NCBI GenBank assembly: GCA_044349205.1
Contig: JBIKRJ010000001.1
Span: 1 to 49,276 of the forward strand
Source of the DNA: Cytophagales bacterium
GTDB lineage: Bacteria > Bacteroidota > Bacteroidia > Cytophagales > UBA9547
Reading direction: 5' to 3'
DNA: 49,276 bases
The notes under the pieces were generated by a model. That model saw only the letters and a program-made list of their open reading frames with translations, searched no databases and was not told where the DNA came from. The position numbers and the translations under genes are program-made. The stretch's first letter is position 1; each line of letters opens with the position of its first letter. Below, piece after piece: positions 17,689 through 25,932 of this stretch.

Positions 17689-20433
17689 TTATCTTAAAAG
17701 TTGAATCCAGCCTTTGATTTCTTCAACTTGCTCATTTGTGTCAGATGAAAAGAATTTTACGTTTGCCGTGTAAAAGTAAACCCCTTCGGGTAAACCCGAG
17801 CCATCCCAATTCAAATAAATATCGTCGTTCTTTTCAAAAACCTTGGTTCCCCAGCGATTGAACACCTTGAATTTTACCGATTCAACAAAAAGAGGTGATG
17901 GAGGTATTGGGCGAAAAAGATCGTTGGTGCCCGACCCGTCGGGGGTAAAAACATTGGGTAGTTCATATTTTCTGCAGTTGGCCACACACACTTTATTGCT
18001 TTTTTTACTTTCGTTGCCCACATTGTCTGTTGCGGTTACCGTATAACAACCCGAAAGACTTATATTTTTAGGATGGGAGAATGTTTGGTTAGAGTTCGTG
18101 TCAATAGTTGAAAGAAATTGCATGTCTTTATCTTCAGTAGTGGCAGAAAAATATACCTTGTAAGAAACCACCTGCATACAAGGTACTGTGGTCGATTTCG
18201 ACCAATTCAACACATTTTTGTAAGGCGGTGCTTGGTTGAAACCAGCGCAATCGTATGATATTTCTTGAAGAGTGGGCGCTTGCGGAGGTATGGATGTTTT
18301 GATAGTGCCAATAGCGGTGTAGGAATTATTTAAAAGTACCACTGGATTTACTTCTATGTTGGCATAGCTACCCGAAGTGGTCACATAATATTGAAAGGTA
18401 TCGCAGGCAGAAAGGGCTTGCCCCTTGTATGTTTTGAAATCGTTGTATGAAAATAGCTTGTTGTTTTGTTTGAATCTAACTTTGGCAACAGTGTCAAAAG
18501 CTTGCTCGGTTTTTTTCTTTCGTAGTATATAGTGCAATGAATCGATGTTGTTGGACCAGGGAGTTTGTGCCGACCATGTAAGCCCAATTCCATTTTCAAT
18601 AGGTTTAGCAAAAAGTTGCACATTGCCCACTATTTCGGAAGAGTCGGTAAGGGTTACGGTACTTCCCTTTTTTCGATAAAAAAACTTGACATAGTAGGCA
18701 TTATTGGCAGGTAACTGAACATCAGCGTCAAGGAAAAAAGTGTCTATTAAGACATTTGTTTCAGGGAAATCGTGCACTAGGCTAAAGATGGTTTCTGATG
18801 TCTTCTTCTTGTAAAGCTTGTATTGGTATGGGCCTTGCATTTTGCTTGTATCAACTGGTTTTTGCCAAGCCACAGTCACTACATTTTTTTCTGGATTTTC
18901 GAATGAGACTTTTGTAATGACGGGGATAATCAAAGGCATCGAAATGCAGGTATTCGAGGATGGATAAGAAAGCGAACTCAGACCAACACCATCTTGAAAT
19001 TGGGCTGCTATGGCATAGGAATAAGTATTTCCTCGTTTGGCTGTTTTATCTACAAAACTAGTTTCGGCAATGCCCACGCTGCCTATTAGGGTGTAATTTT
19101 CGTTTGGCGGCCCTGTCAAACAATTCTTGATGCTTACCACATCGCAGCCCACTTTTCGGTATATCTGCATTTTGGTTCCTTGGTTTGGGCAAGAGTACGA
19201 ATCCCAGGAAAGTGAAATTCTGGCCGAGTCTATGTCTGTTGCTTTCAAACCAGTAGGACTCGCACCTGAAACAGTGATGAAAAAAGATTTGATGTCGGAA
19301 AGTGGGTTACTGCCACTTGCTACCAAATCGGTGGCTTTTAAAAATACCTGATAAGGTCGCTTTCGAATGTCCAAACAAGTGGGATTCCATTCAAACTTTT
19401 TCGAAAATGGAGTTTGCACCGCAAAGGCAGGCTCAAGTTTGGCCTTATTTGGCAATGCGGTCGATTCGAACAATTCCCCGTAGGAGCTAAGCGTAACAGG
19501 GTTCAAATCAGGGTCAGTTACCAAAATATTGGCATTGTATAGCTTGTTGGGCACAATGCACACATCGGCAGATACAGTAATGACGGGAGGCCTATTTCTT
19601 CCAACTTTTACCTCTATTTGCATGTCGCGAATGGTGTAGCTTATTCGTACTTTGGAACTGCCAAAAGTCCGCCATTCTTCTATGATAAAAGCCACATTGT
19701 ACAATCCCGGACTGGCCGGCGCGTTCCATACTATGTCCCCTGTTTTGGAATTTACGCTGTAAAAAGCGGGAGATAAACCGTCTTCGGTCGTTCCCGAGGC
19801 TACCAAACTAGGGTCTGCATATTCTGGGGCAAAAATTCCTTGAAAAATTTGTGGAGTGTATGGGCGGTACGAAATGCTGTCGCCGTCTATGTCATATGCC
19901 CCTGGATTGTGTACAAAACGAACATATTGTTCGGCAAGGTCTATGGGAGGCAAGGTAAGTTGTGGTGTGTGATTGTTGTTGTAGCCTTGTTCAACATTTA
20001 TTTCCATGGCGATATAAAATGCCAGATTAACCGAGGCGCCTCCACCCAGGTTGGCAATACCAGCATTTCTATTTTCGTCAAAATACCCTACAGTAAAACG
20101 CTGGTCGCCTGGATAGATGTGTTCGAAAAGATATACAAATAGATAGGTATTGTTTCCTACATCGGTCACGCTGCTGTAGGGGTTTTTGTCTGAAGAACCA
20201 TCTCCATAAGTTAAGGTGGCGCAGTTGGCTAGTCTCCTGTCACAGTCGGTTGTGTTAGTGCCCGAAGCTTCCACCTTCGACTTGTCGCAATACACGTTTA
20301 ATGTAAATGATATTTTTCTGTTGTTTGTCGATGAAACTGTTGCAAACAAGTCGGCTGCCTTTATGTGGGTGGCATAGCTTTTCAAGGATGCACACAAGAC
20401 CGCAATCGAGAAGATGTATTTCAGTGTTGGCAA
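17689..20433 (-). CDS. Large secreted cell-surface protein with a T9SS type-B (gliding-motility-associated, CHU_C-like) C-terminal sorting domain
   Basis: 914 aa with a signal peptide. The central region is beta-rich and Ig/FN3-like. The C-terminus ELPNVFTPDGSGTNDLFRP...FKVFNRWGTKVFE...WDGSGLPEGVYFY matches the type-B T9SS signal. The apparent start is TTG. Confidence 0.8.
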   Translation of the reverse strand: MPTLKYIFSIAVLCASLKSYATHIKAADLFATVSSTNNRKISFTLNVYCDKSKVEASGTNTTDCDRRLANCATLTYGDGSSDKNPYSSVTDVGNNTYLFVYLFEHIYPGDQRFTVGYFDENRNAGIANLGGGASVNLAFYIAMEINVEQGYNNNHTPQLTLPPIDLAEQYVRFVHNPGAYDIDGDSISYRPYTPQIFQGIFAPEYADPSLVASGTTEDGLSPAFYSVNSKTGDIVWNAPASPGLYNVAFIIEEWRTFGSSKVRISYTIRDMQIEVKVGRNRPPVITVSADVCIVPNKLYNANILVTDPDLNPVTLSSYGELFESTALPNKAKLEPAFAVQTPFSKKFEWNPTCLDIRKRPYQVFLKATDLVASGSNPLSDIKSFFITVSGASPTGLKATDIDSARISLSWDSYSCPNQGTKMQIYRKVGCDVVSIKNCLTGPPNENYTLIGSVGIAETSFVDKTAKRGNTYSYAIAAQFQDGVGLSSLSYPSSNTCISMPLIIPVITKVSFENPEKNVVTVAWQKPVDTSKMQGPYQYKLYKKKTSETIFSLVHDFPETNVLIDTFFLDADVQLPANNAYYVKFFYRKKGSTVTLTDSSEIVGNVQLFAKPIENGIGLTWSAQTPWSNNIDSLHYILRKKKTEQAFDTVAKVRFKQNNKLFSYNDFKTYKGQALSACDTFQYYVTTSGSYANIEVNPVVLLNNSYTAIGTIKTSIPPQAPTLQEISYDCAGFNQAPPYKNVLNWSKSTTVPCMQVVSYKVYFSATTEDKDMQFLSTIDTNSNQTFSHPKNISLSGCYTVTATDNVGNESKKSNKVCVANCRKYELPNVFTPDGSGTNDLFRPIPPSPLFVESVKFKVFNRWGTKVFEKNDDIYLNWDGSGLPEGVYFYTANVKFFSSDTNEQVEEIKGWIQLLR

Positions 20434-20506
20434 AGAAGTTGTTTTTTTAATCTGCCAATTTACATTTTTATAGCATTGAAGAGCAGGGCAAACCTTGTGA
20501 GAAAGC

Positions 20507-21301
20507 CTATCTCAAAAACTTTTTTTCTTCTACCCCAATTCCAAACAAGGCAAAATCGTACTTGACTGGGTCATTGGCATCAAAAAATTTCAGGTTATCG
20601 GTAAGCTCCAAAGCACTTAGCCAGTCTGTTTGTTTTCGTGCAAGAAGCCCCAAATCGCGTGCCACCCTATCTACATGCACATCGCAAGGACAAACCAGCT
20701 GAGCAGTTTTTATATTTTTCCAAATGCCGAAATCTACTCCATTACGGTCTTTTCGTACAAACCATCTTAGCATCATGTTCAATCTCTTGCAGGCCGATTT
20801 TCTTTTGGGTGTTGGAATGTGTTTTTGAGTGCGTGCAGGAAAGTATGGCAACGAAAAAAACCGACTATGAAAATGTATCAGGTGCTTTTCGGTGTTGGTT
20901 TCCATTTCAGCACTGGGAAACAGAAATGCTTCCTCAAGACTTTGATGTTTTTGATAAAATTCTTTCAGAAAGCTTAAGAAGTACAAAGTATCGGTGTTAT
21001 TGAAAGTGCGGTGTTTGAATTGCATGAGCTTTTTTAGGTCTTTTTCTTCGTGATTTTTTACAAAATCATACGGACTGCCATCCATTAGCGCCACTAGTTC
21101 TTTGCATTTGGCTACAATTGTTTTTCGTTGCCCCCATGCCAATACGGCGGCCCAAAACCCCATTATCTCGATGTCCTGTTTTTTTGAAAAAAGGTGGGGG
21201 ATACAAATGGGGTCATCGACAATAAATTGGGGTTGGTTGAACTTTTCGTATTTCTCGTCCAAAAAATCTTTGAGATTCTGAGAAAATACTTTTTGGCTCA
21301 A
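20507..21301 (-). CDS. TIGR02757 (DUF2400) family protein with an HhH-glycosylase-like motif
   Basis: 264 aa. The N-terminus FLDEKYEKFNQPQFIVDDPICIPH is typical of the family. CDVHVDRVARDLGLL (20642-20692) resembles the EndoIII-type VDTHxxRVxxRLGL block. The TTG start overlaps the Hpt gene stop (TTGA). Confidence 0.7.
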   Translation of the reverse strand: MSQKVFSQNLKDFLDEKYEKFNQPQFIVDDPICIPHLFSKKQDIEIMGFWAAVLAWGQRKTIVAKCKELVALMDGSPYDFVKNHEEKDLKKLMQFKHRTFNNTDTLYFLSFLKEFYQKHQSLEEAFLFPSAEMETNTEKHLIHFHSRFFSLPYFPARTQKHIPTPKRKSACKRLNMMLRWFVRKDRNGVDFGIWKNIKTAQLVCPCDVHVDRVARDLGLLARKQTDWLSALELTDNLKFFDANDPVKYDFALFGIGVEEKKFLR

Positions 21302-21642
21302 AGCTCGTTAGTTTTTAACTGTTCGATAGTTTCCTGAACGATATGGCAAAATTGCGTTATCTGGTTTTCTAGTTCAACACTGTCTTTTTCTTTTAGGGCT
21401 TCTTGCATAATGGACTGTAGGTAAGGCTTTGCCACGTGCACACCCATCGAATCGATGGTGGGTTTTACTTTGTGTAAGTGCAGGTAAAGGTTCTTCCAGT
21501 CCTTTCTTTGGTAGTTTTCTTGAATGTCTTGCAAAATGGGCGGGGTCGTTTGGTTGAAAAGCTCGATTAGAGTTCGTTTGAACTGTATATTACCGTCTAT
21601 CAAGATGTTAAGCGGCTCTAAATTGTAATGTATATCCGACAT
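21298..21642 (-). CDS. Stand-alone histidine phosphotransfer (Hpt) domain protein
   Basis: 114 aa and predicted all-helical. LHLHKVKPTIDSMG fits the Hpt pattern HxxKGxxxxxG. Confidence 0.5.
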   Translation of the reverse strand: MSDIHYNLEPLNILIDGNIQFKRTLIELFNQTTPPILQDIQENYQRKDWKNLYLHLHKVKPTIDSMGVHVAKPYLQSIMQEALKEKDSVELENQITQFCHIVQETIEQLKTNEL

Positions 21643-21687
21643 GCACTTCGTTTTTTCTTTTCTACGAGGCTGCCGTTTTAAATGTTC

Positions 21688-22191
21688 CTAACTATTCTCA
21701 ACAATTTTCCGAAGTATGGCTTGCTGTTGGCTAGAGCACCTTTTCGACTCCAACATGGCTTCGGCAATTGTTTTCATAAGGGGTGGGTATTTCTTTAGTT
21801 TGGCAAGCTCAGACACGATAACATCTCGGTCTTCCTGCAAATTTTTATTGTTTCTTAAAAATGCTGGCAAGCGATGTTCAATTGAAAAACGCAAAAAACG
21901 AAGTTCTATATCGTATGGCGTTTTTCCAATGGCTTCTTCTAGCCTGTCTTGCGATTTGTTCAAATGCGTGATTTTCTTGTAAGGGTTGTCTTCGTGTTTG
22001 GCCAAAAGGGCATCGGTAGCGCCCAAATAACCCAAATAGATGGGTGGCAAGGAAGCGTTTGAAACATTCAATTGCTGATAAAGTACTTTGGCTTTTGCCC
22101 AATTTTCCATGCTTTGCTGAAATGATATTCTTATCTCATCCAATGGAGGCAATAATTGGGTAGAGAAAAACAACAGTATGGATAGCAACAT
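21688..22191 (-). CDS. Hypothetical protein with an N-terminal hydrophobic segment, function unknown
   Basis: 167-aa ORF. Its ATG lies 1 nt after the crtB stop. It has an N-terminal hydrophobic segment (MLLSILLFFSTQLL) followed by a helical, charged sequence. I recognise no motif. Confidence 0.5.
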   Translation of the reverse strand: MLLSILLFFSTQLLPPLDEIRISFQQSMENWAKAKVLYQQLNVSNASLPPIYLGYLGATDALLAKHEDNPYKKITHLNKSQDRLEEAIGKTPYDIELRFLRFSIEHRLPAFLRNNKNLQEDRDVIVSELAKLKKYPPLMKTIAEAMLESKRCSSQQQAILRKIVENS

Positions 22192-22192
22192 G

Positions 22193-23026
22193 TTAGATAA
22201 ATCGATATTTGAACCAAGATTTTAAGAAAAGCCAAAATTTTTCTTCGTTCGGTATTCGAACCCTTGCGTTTTGAATAGTAGAAATAGGAAGTGATTGTAT
22301 CTTTTTGAACAGAGATTTGTAATAAATATAGGCCAAATACACGCCAAATCTAGCTCCTAAGGGAAGTTGAACTATTCCTTTGTAGGCTTCATCGAAATCG
22401 GATTGAATGTCGTCTTCGATTTGTTTTTTAGCTTGAATAGTGAAATGTGTAAAATTCACATTGGGAAAATAGGTGCGTCCACGCTCCTGGAAATCGCTTT
22501 TTACATCACGCAAGAAGTTTACTTTCTGAAAAGCTGCTCCAAGTTTTTGGGCAAAAGGTTTCAAATGTTGGTATTGAGCTTCGTTGCCTTCGCAAAACAC
22601 TCGTAGGCACATGAGTCCTACCACCTCTGCCGACCCATATATGTAAGTTTGATAAGAATTGGGGCTATGTTCGGTTTCGCTCAAATCTACCTCCATACTG
22701 TATAAAAAAGCCTCTATCAGCTCCTTTTCAATCTTATATTCGTTTACCACAAGTTGAAACGAATGTAGGATTGGATTTAGACTTATTCCTCTTTCGATGG
22801 CTCGGTATGTTTCGGTCGTAAATTCGTTCAATAACAAAGATTTGTCCTTGTCGTGAAAGGTATCCACAATTTCGTCGGCGTAGCGTACAAAACCGTAAAT
22901 GGCATAGATAGGCAATCTGAATTTTTTGTGCAATGACTTGATTCCCAACGAAAAAGAGGTGCTGTATAGATTGGTAACCAGTTTGCTACACTGAAGATTG
23001 GCTATGTCATACAATTGCGTGCTCAT
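22193..23026 (-). CDS. crtB: Phytoene synthase
   Basis: 277 aa. Matching blocks are YSTSFSLGIKSL, IYAIYGFVRYADEIVD and VNFLRDVKSD. Confidence 0.9.
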   Translation of the reverse strand: MSTQLYDIANLQCSKLVTNLYSTSFSLGIKSLHKKFRLPIYAIYGFVRYADEIVDTFHDKDKSLLLNEFTTETYRAIERGISLNPILHSFQLVVNEYKIEKELIEAFLYSMEVDLSETEHSPNSYQTYIYGSAEVVGLMCLRVFCEGNEAQYQHLKPFAQKLGAAFQKVNFLRDVKSDFQERGRTYFPNVNFTHFTIQAKKQIEDDIQSDFDEAYKGIVQLPLGARFGVYLAYIYYKSLFKKIQSLPISTIQNARVRIPNEEKFWLFLKSWFKYRFI

Positions 23027-24488
23027 TCAAAATTCGTTCGGTTGCTAACTTAGAACTTATCACGACAATAGGCAAACCAGTACCTGGCACTGTCGAAGCG
23101 CCTACATAATAAAGATTGCCAAAATCTTCGTCTTTGTTCGAAGGCCTCATGTATCCTACTTGGTTCAGGCCGTGCGCCAGTCCCAAACCGCTGCCTTTGT
23201 ATAGGTTGAATTTTTCTTCCCACTCTATGGGAGTTAAAATTGTTTTAGACAAAGTGTTGGATTTTAAATCGTACCCAATCCTTTTTCCTAGGTCGGCGAT
23301 GATGGTGTCGGCAAGCTCTTCGGCATCGTTCCAATCTGGCTTGTACCTACGGTCGGGCACAGGACAAAGGATGAAGATGTTTTCACATCCTTCAGGTGCA
23401 CATCCTGTGTTGTATTTCGAACTTACATTTACGTAGTAGTAAGGTTTTTCTGGAGAAACCGAGGTTTTGAAAATTTTGCTTGAGTATTCTTTGAAATTGT
23501 TGCCCAAGAAATAATTGTGGTGGTGTAATCCATCCAACTTACCTTTCACACCCAAATAAATGGTGAAAGGCGCTAGTGTCCAATCTTTTTTGTCTAGTTT
23601 CTTTTCTGAATAATTGGATCTGTTCAACACTTTTCCTCTGAAAGCAGCAGCATCGGAGTTTACCACATACACATCGGCTGTCCAAAGTTTGCCATGTTGG
23701 TCTACAAAACCTTCCAACTTTTTGTTTTGGTTTCGTACTTCTTTTATTTCGGTGTTGAAATGAATACGTACATTTCTGGCTTCCAGCAGTTTGACTACTT
23801 CTTCCGTAATTTTGTACATGCCACCTTTTACATTCCAATAACCGTCGTGTTCCAACTCGGTGTAATTCAGCAAACTGTAAACAGCAGGTGTGTCAAAAGG
23901 AGTTGCGCCAAGAAAGAATGCGACCAAGGAGAAAATAATCTTCACTTGTTCGGACTCGAAATGGTTGCCCAATTCAGACCACATGCTGCGGAAAAGTTTG
24001 GGTGTATGTTTCAACGGAACTTTCGACATACCAAGACCATAATCTAACCAGCTGTCGAAATTTCGTTTTATGACTTTGTCCTCTGTATCGTGGAATAATG
24101 CTTTTGCTTGCGCCAAATACCCTTTAATCTTGGGCAAAAAATTAGGTTCCATTTCTTGGAACTCTTTGGCAAGCTTTATTAAATCTTTGTATATATAATA
24201 AGGTTCTTTTTTGCCTTCGAAAAAGACAGTGTACACTGGGTCTAGTTCGTTGAATCTTAAAGGGTTTTCTATTTCACAAAATTTGAATAGTTCGTCAAAC
24301 TCATAGCTCATGCTAAAAAAAGATGGACCCATGTCGAACGTGAATCCATCTTTTTGCAACTGGTTCAATCTGCCGCCAGGTTGATGGTATTTCTCTACTA
24401 TTTCTACTTCGTACCCTTTGCTTGAAAGCCGAAGAGCTGTAGCCAAGCCCCCCAAGCCGCTTCCTACTACCAGAACTTTTTTAGCCAT
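23007..24488 (-). CDS. crtI: Phytoene desaturase
   Basis: 493 aa. The FAD fold is KKVLVVGSGLGGLATALRLSSKGYEVEIVEKYHQPGGR. The C-terminal block is YYVGASTVPGTGLP. The 3' end overlaps crtB by 20 nt. Confidence 0.9.
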   Translation of the reverse strand: MAKKVLVVGSGLGGLATALRLSSKGYEVEIVEKYHQPGGRLNQLQKDGFTFDMGPSFFSMSYEFDELFKFCEIENPLRFNELDPVYTVFFEGKKEPYYIYKDLIKLAKEFQEMEPNFLPKIKGYLAQAKALFHDTEDKVIKRNFDSWLDYGLGMSKVPLKHTPKLFRSMWSELGNHFESEQVKIIFSLVAFFLGATPFDTPAVYSLLNYTELEHDGYWNVKGGMYKITEEVVKLLEARNVRIHFNTEIKEVRNQNKKLEGFVDQHGKLWTADVYVVNSDAAAFRGKVLNRSNYSEKKLDKKDWTLAPFTIYLGVKGKLDGLHHHNYFLGNNFKEYSSKIFKTSVSPEKPYYYVNVSSKYNTGCAPEGCENIFILCPVPDRRYKPDWNDAEELADTIIADLGKRIGYDLKSNTLSKTILTPIEWEEKFNLYKGSGLGLAHGLNQVGYMRPSNKDEDFGNLYYVGASTVPGTGLPIVVISSKLATERILNEHAIV

Positions 24489-24506
24489 TTTGACTGTTAT
24501 AATACA

Positions 24507-25025
24507 TTAATTTAAATTCATGTTTGAATAGACCCTTAGTTTGTCTTTCAGCATTTTACGGGCAATGTGAATACGATTTTTCACAGTTCCAATTGGAATA
24601 GCCAAGTAATCGGCGATTTCATTGTACTTGTACCCGTTGAAGTACATCATAAAGGGGACTTTAAACATGTCGTTGATACTTTCAACTGCTTTGTTTATTT
24701 CCTCGCTGGCAAAGGTATTCAAAGCGTGGTTATGAATGGTAAGACTGCTTGAATTTATGTAGTGCAGGTCATCTGTAGTATCTATGAAAGTGTTTTTCCT
24801 CACCATCTTTTGGTAATTGGTAAGAAAAGTGTTTTTCATAATGGTGTACAACCAAGCTTTCAGATTGGTGCCATCGGTAAATTTGTCTCTGTTTAAGAAT
24901 GCTTTTACCATGGTGTCCTGCAATAGGTCTTTCGCATCATCCAAATCTCTTGTCAGCTTTAGCGCAAATGGTTTCAAAGATTTTGAAGCCTGATTGATAG
25001 AATAGTTGAATTCGATTGCTGTCAT
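24507..25025 (-). CDS. ECF-type RNA polymerase sigma-70 factor
   Basis: 172 aa. Region 2 is LLQDTMVKAFLNRDKF..AWLYTIMKNTFLTNYQK and region 4 is YNEIADYLAIPIGTVKNRIHIARKML. No anti-sigma-like ORF is adjacent. Confidence 0.9.
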   Translation of the reverse strand: MTAIEFNYSINQASKSLKPFALKLTRDLDDAKDLLQDTMVKAFLNRDKFTDGTNLKAWLYTIMKNTFLTNYQKMVRKNTFIDTTDDLHYINSSSLTIHNHALNTFASEEINKAVESINDMFKVPFMMYFNGYKYNEIADYLAIPIGTVKNRIHIARKMLKDKLRVYSNMNLN

Positions 25026-25031
25026 GGCTAT

Positions 25032-25119
25032 TTTGTTTAATAATCAGATACAAATATTAAACAAAGATGGATTAATCACAACATTTTGTTTAAAAAATTT
25101 TTAAAAAAGTTAAACAAAA
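25032..25119. promoter_or_regulatory. Two related AT-rich palindromes upstream of the ECF sigma gene (candidate operator or attenuator)
   Basis: IR1 is TTTGTTTAATA (25032-25042), 12 nt, then TATTAAACAAA (25055-25065). IR2 is TTTTGTTTAA (25084-25093), 16 nt, then TTAAACAAAA (25110-25119). They share the half-site TTGTTTAA and their centres are ~53 bp apart. Confidence 0.4.
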
Positions 25120-25171
25120 AAGTGAATATCACTAATTCACTGCCAAGTAGTGCGCTCCTTTTGCAGGATAT

Positions 25172-25702
25172 TTACTTTACAAAATTGGGGTGTATCGCGT
25201 CTTTTTCTGATATAATGGGCTGTTGTGTTGGCCATTGTATGCCAAATAATGGGTCGTTCCAGCGAATACCTCTTTCTTTGCCAGGTGTATAAAATTGAGA
25301 CACTTGGTAAGCCACTTCCACATTGTCGACCAAAGTGATGAATCCGTGAGCAAAACCTTCGGGAACATAAAGCATTCTGTGGTTTTCTTCTGTGAGTTCT
25401 ACCGAAATGTGCTCGCAATAAGTGGGCGAGTTTTTCCTGATGTCGATGATTACATCCAAAATGCTGCCTCGGGTGCAGCGTATCAGTTTGGCTTCTTCTG
25501 CACCGTCAATTTGGAAGTGCATGCCCCGCAAAGTGTGTTTTTGTTTGGAAAGAGACATATTGCTTTGGGGCATGTGGGTACTTAGGCCATGTTTTGAAAA
25601 TTCATCGGCGCAATAAGTGCGCGCAAAAAATCCGCGTTCATCTTCTCTTTTTTGAAGATCAATTATAAAGGCTCCTTTTAGTTTCGTTTCGGTGAAAATC
25701 AT
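25172..25702 (-). CDS. rfbC: dTDP-4-dehydrorhamnose 3,5-epimerase
   Basis: 176 aa. Matching blocks are FTETKLKGAFIIDLQKREDERGFFARTYC, LRGMHFQ, YVPEGFAHGF and ERGIRWNDP. Confidence 0.9.
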   Translation of the reverse strand: MIFTETKLKGAFIIDLQKREDERGFFARTYCADEFSKHGLSTHMPQSNMSLSKQKHTLRGMHFQIDGAEEAKLIRCTRGSILDVIIDIRKNSPTYCEHISVELTEENHRMLYVPEGFAHGFITLVDNVEVAYQVSQFYTPGKERGIRWNDPLFGIQWPTQQPIISEKDAIHPNFVK

Positions 25703-25932
25703 TTTTATGGGTTTTCAATGTTTATGAATTCCAAATTTCAGTTTTTGTGTTTGATATTTTGACAAAGCCAGCGATTTTCTTTCGTCAGCTGTATTGTTTT
25801 ACAAATTATGCTTTAGTCAAAATAATATTCTGAATTTAGTGAATAAGAAATGCATAAAGTTCTGAATGGTGCCTTTGCAAATGCACAACACAAAATATTA
25901 TGTAATTTTACGATCTTTATTTATTTGGGCAA

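Noticed and set aside
25703-25932. Possible SAM riboswitch in the 230-nt leader of the Met/Cys PLP-enzyme gene
   Set aside because: I could not find the S-box (SAM-I) conserved blocks, such as GAGGGA or GCAACC, in order with the required pairings. A SAM-II-like AAAGC/GCUUU pairing is only 5 bp and unconvincing. A cmsearch with the Rfam SAM-family models would be decisive, and a significant hit would overturn this rejection.
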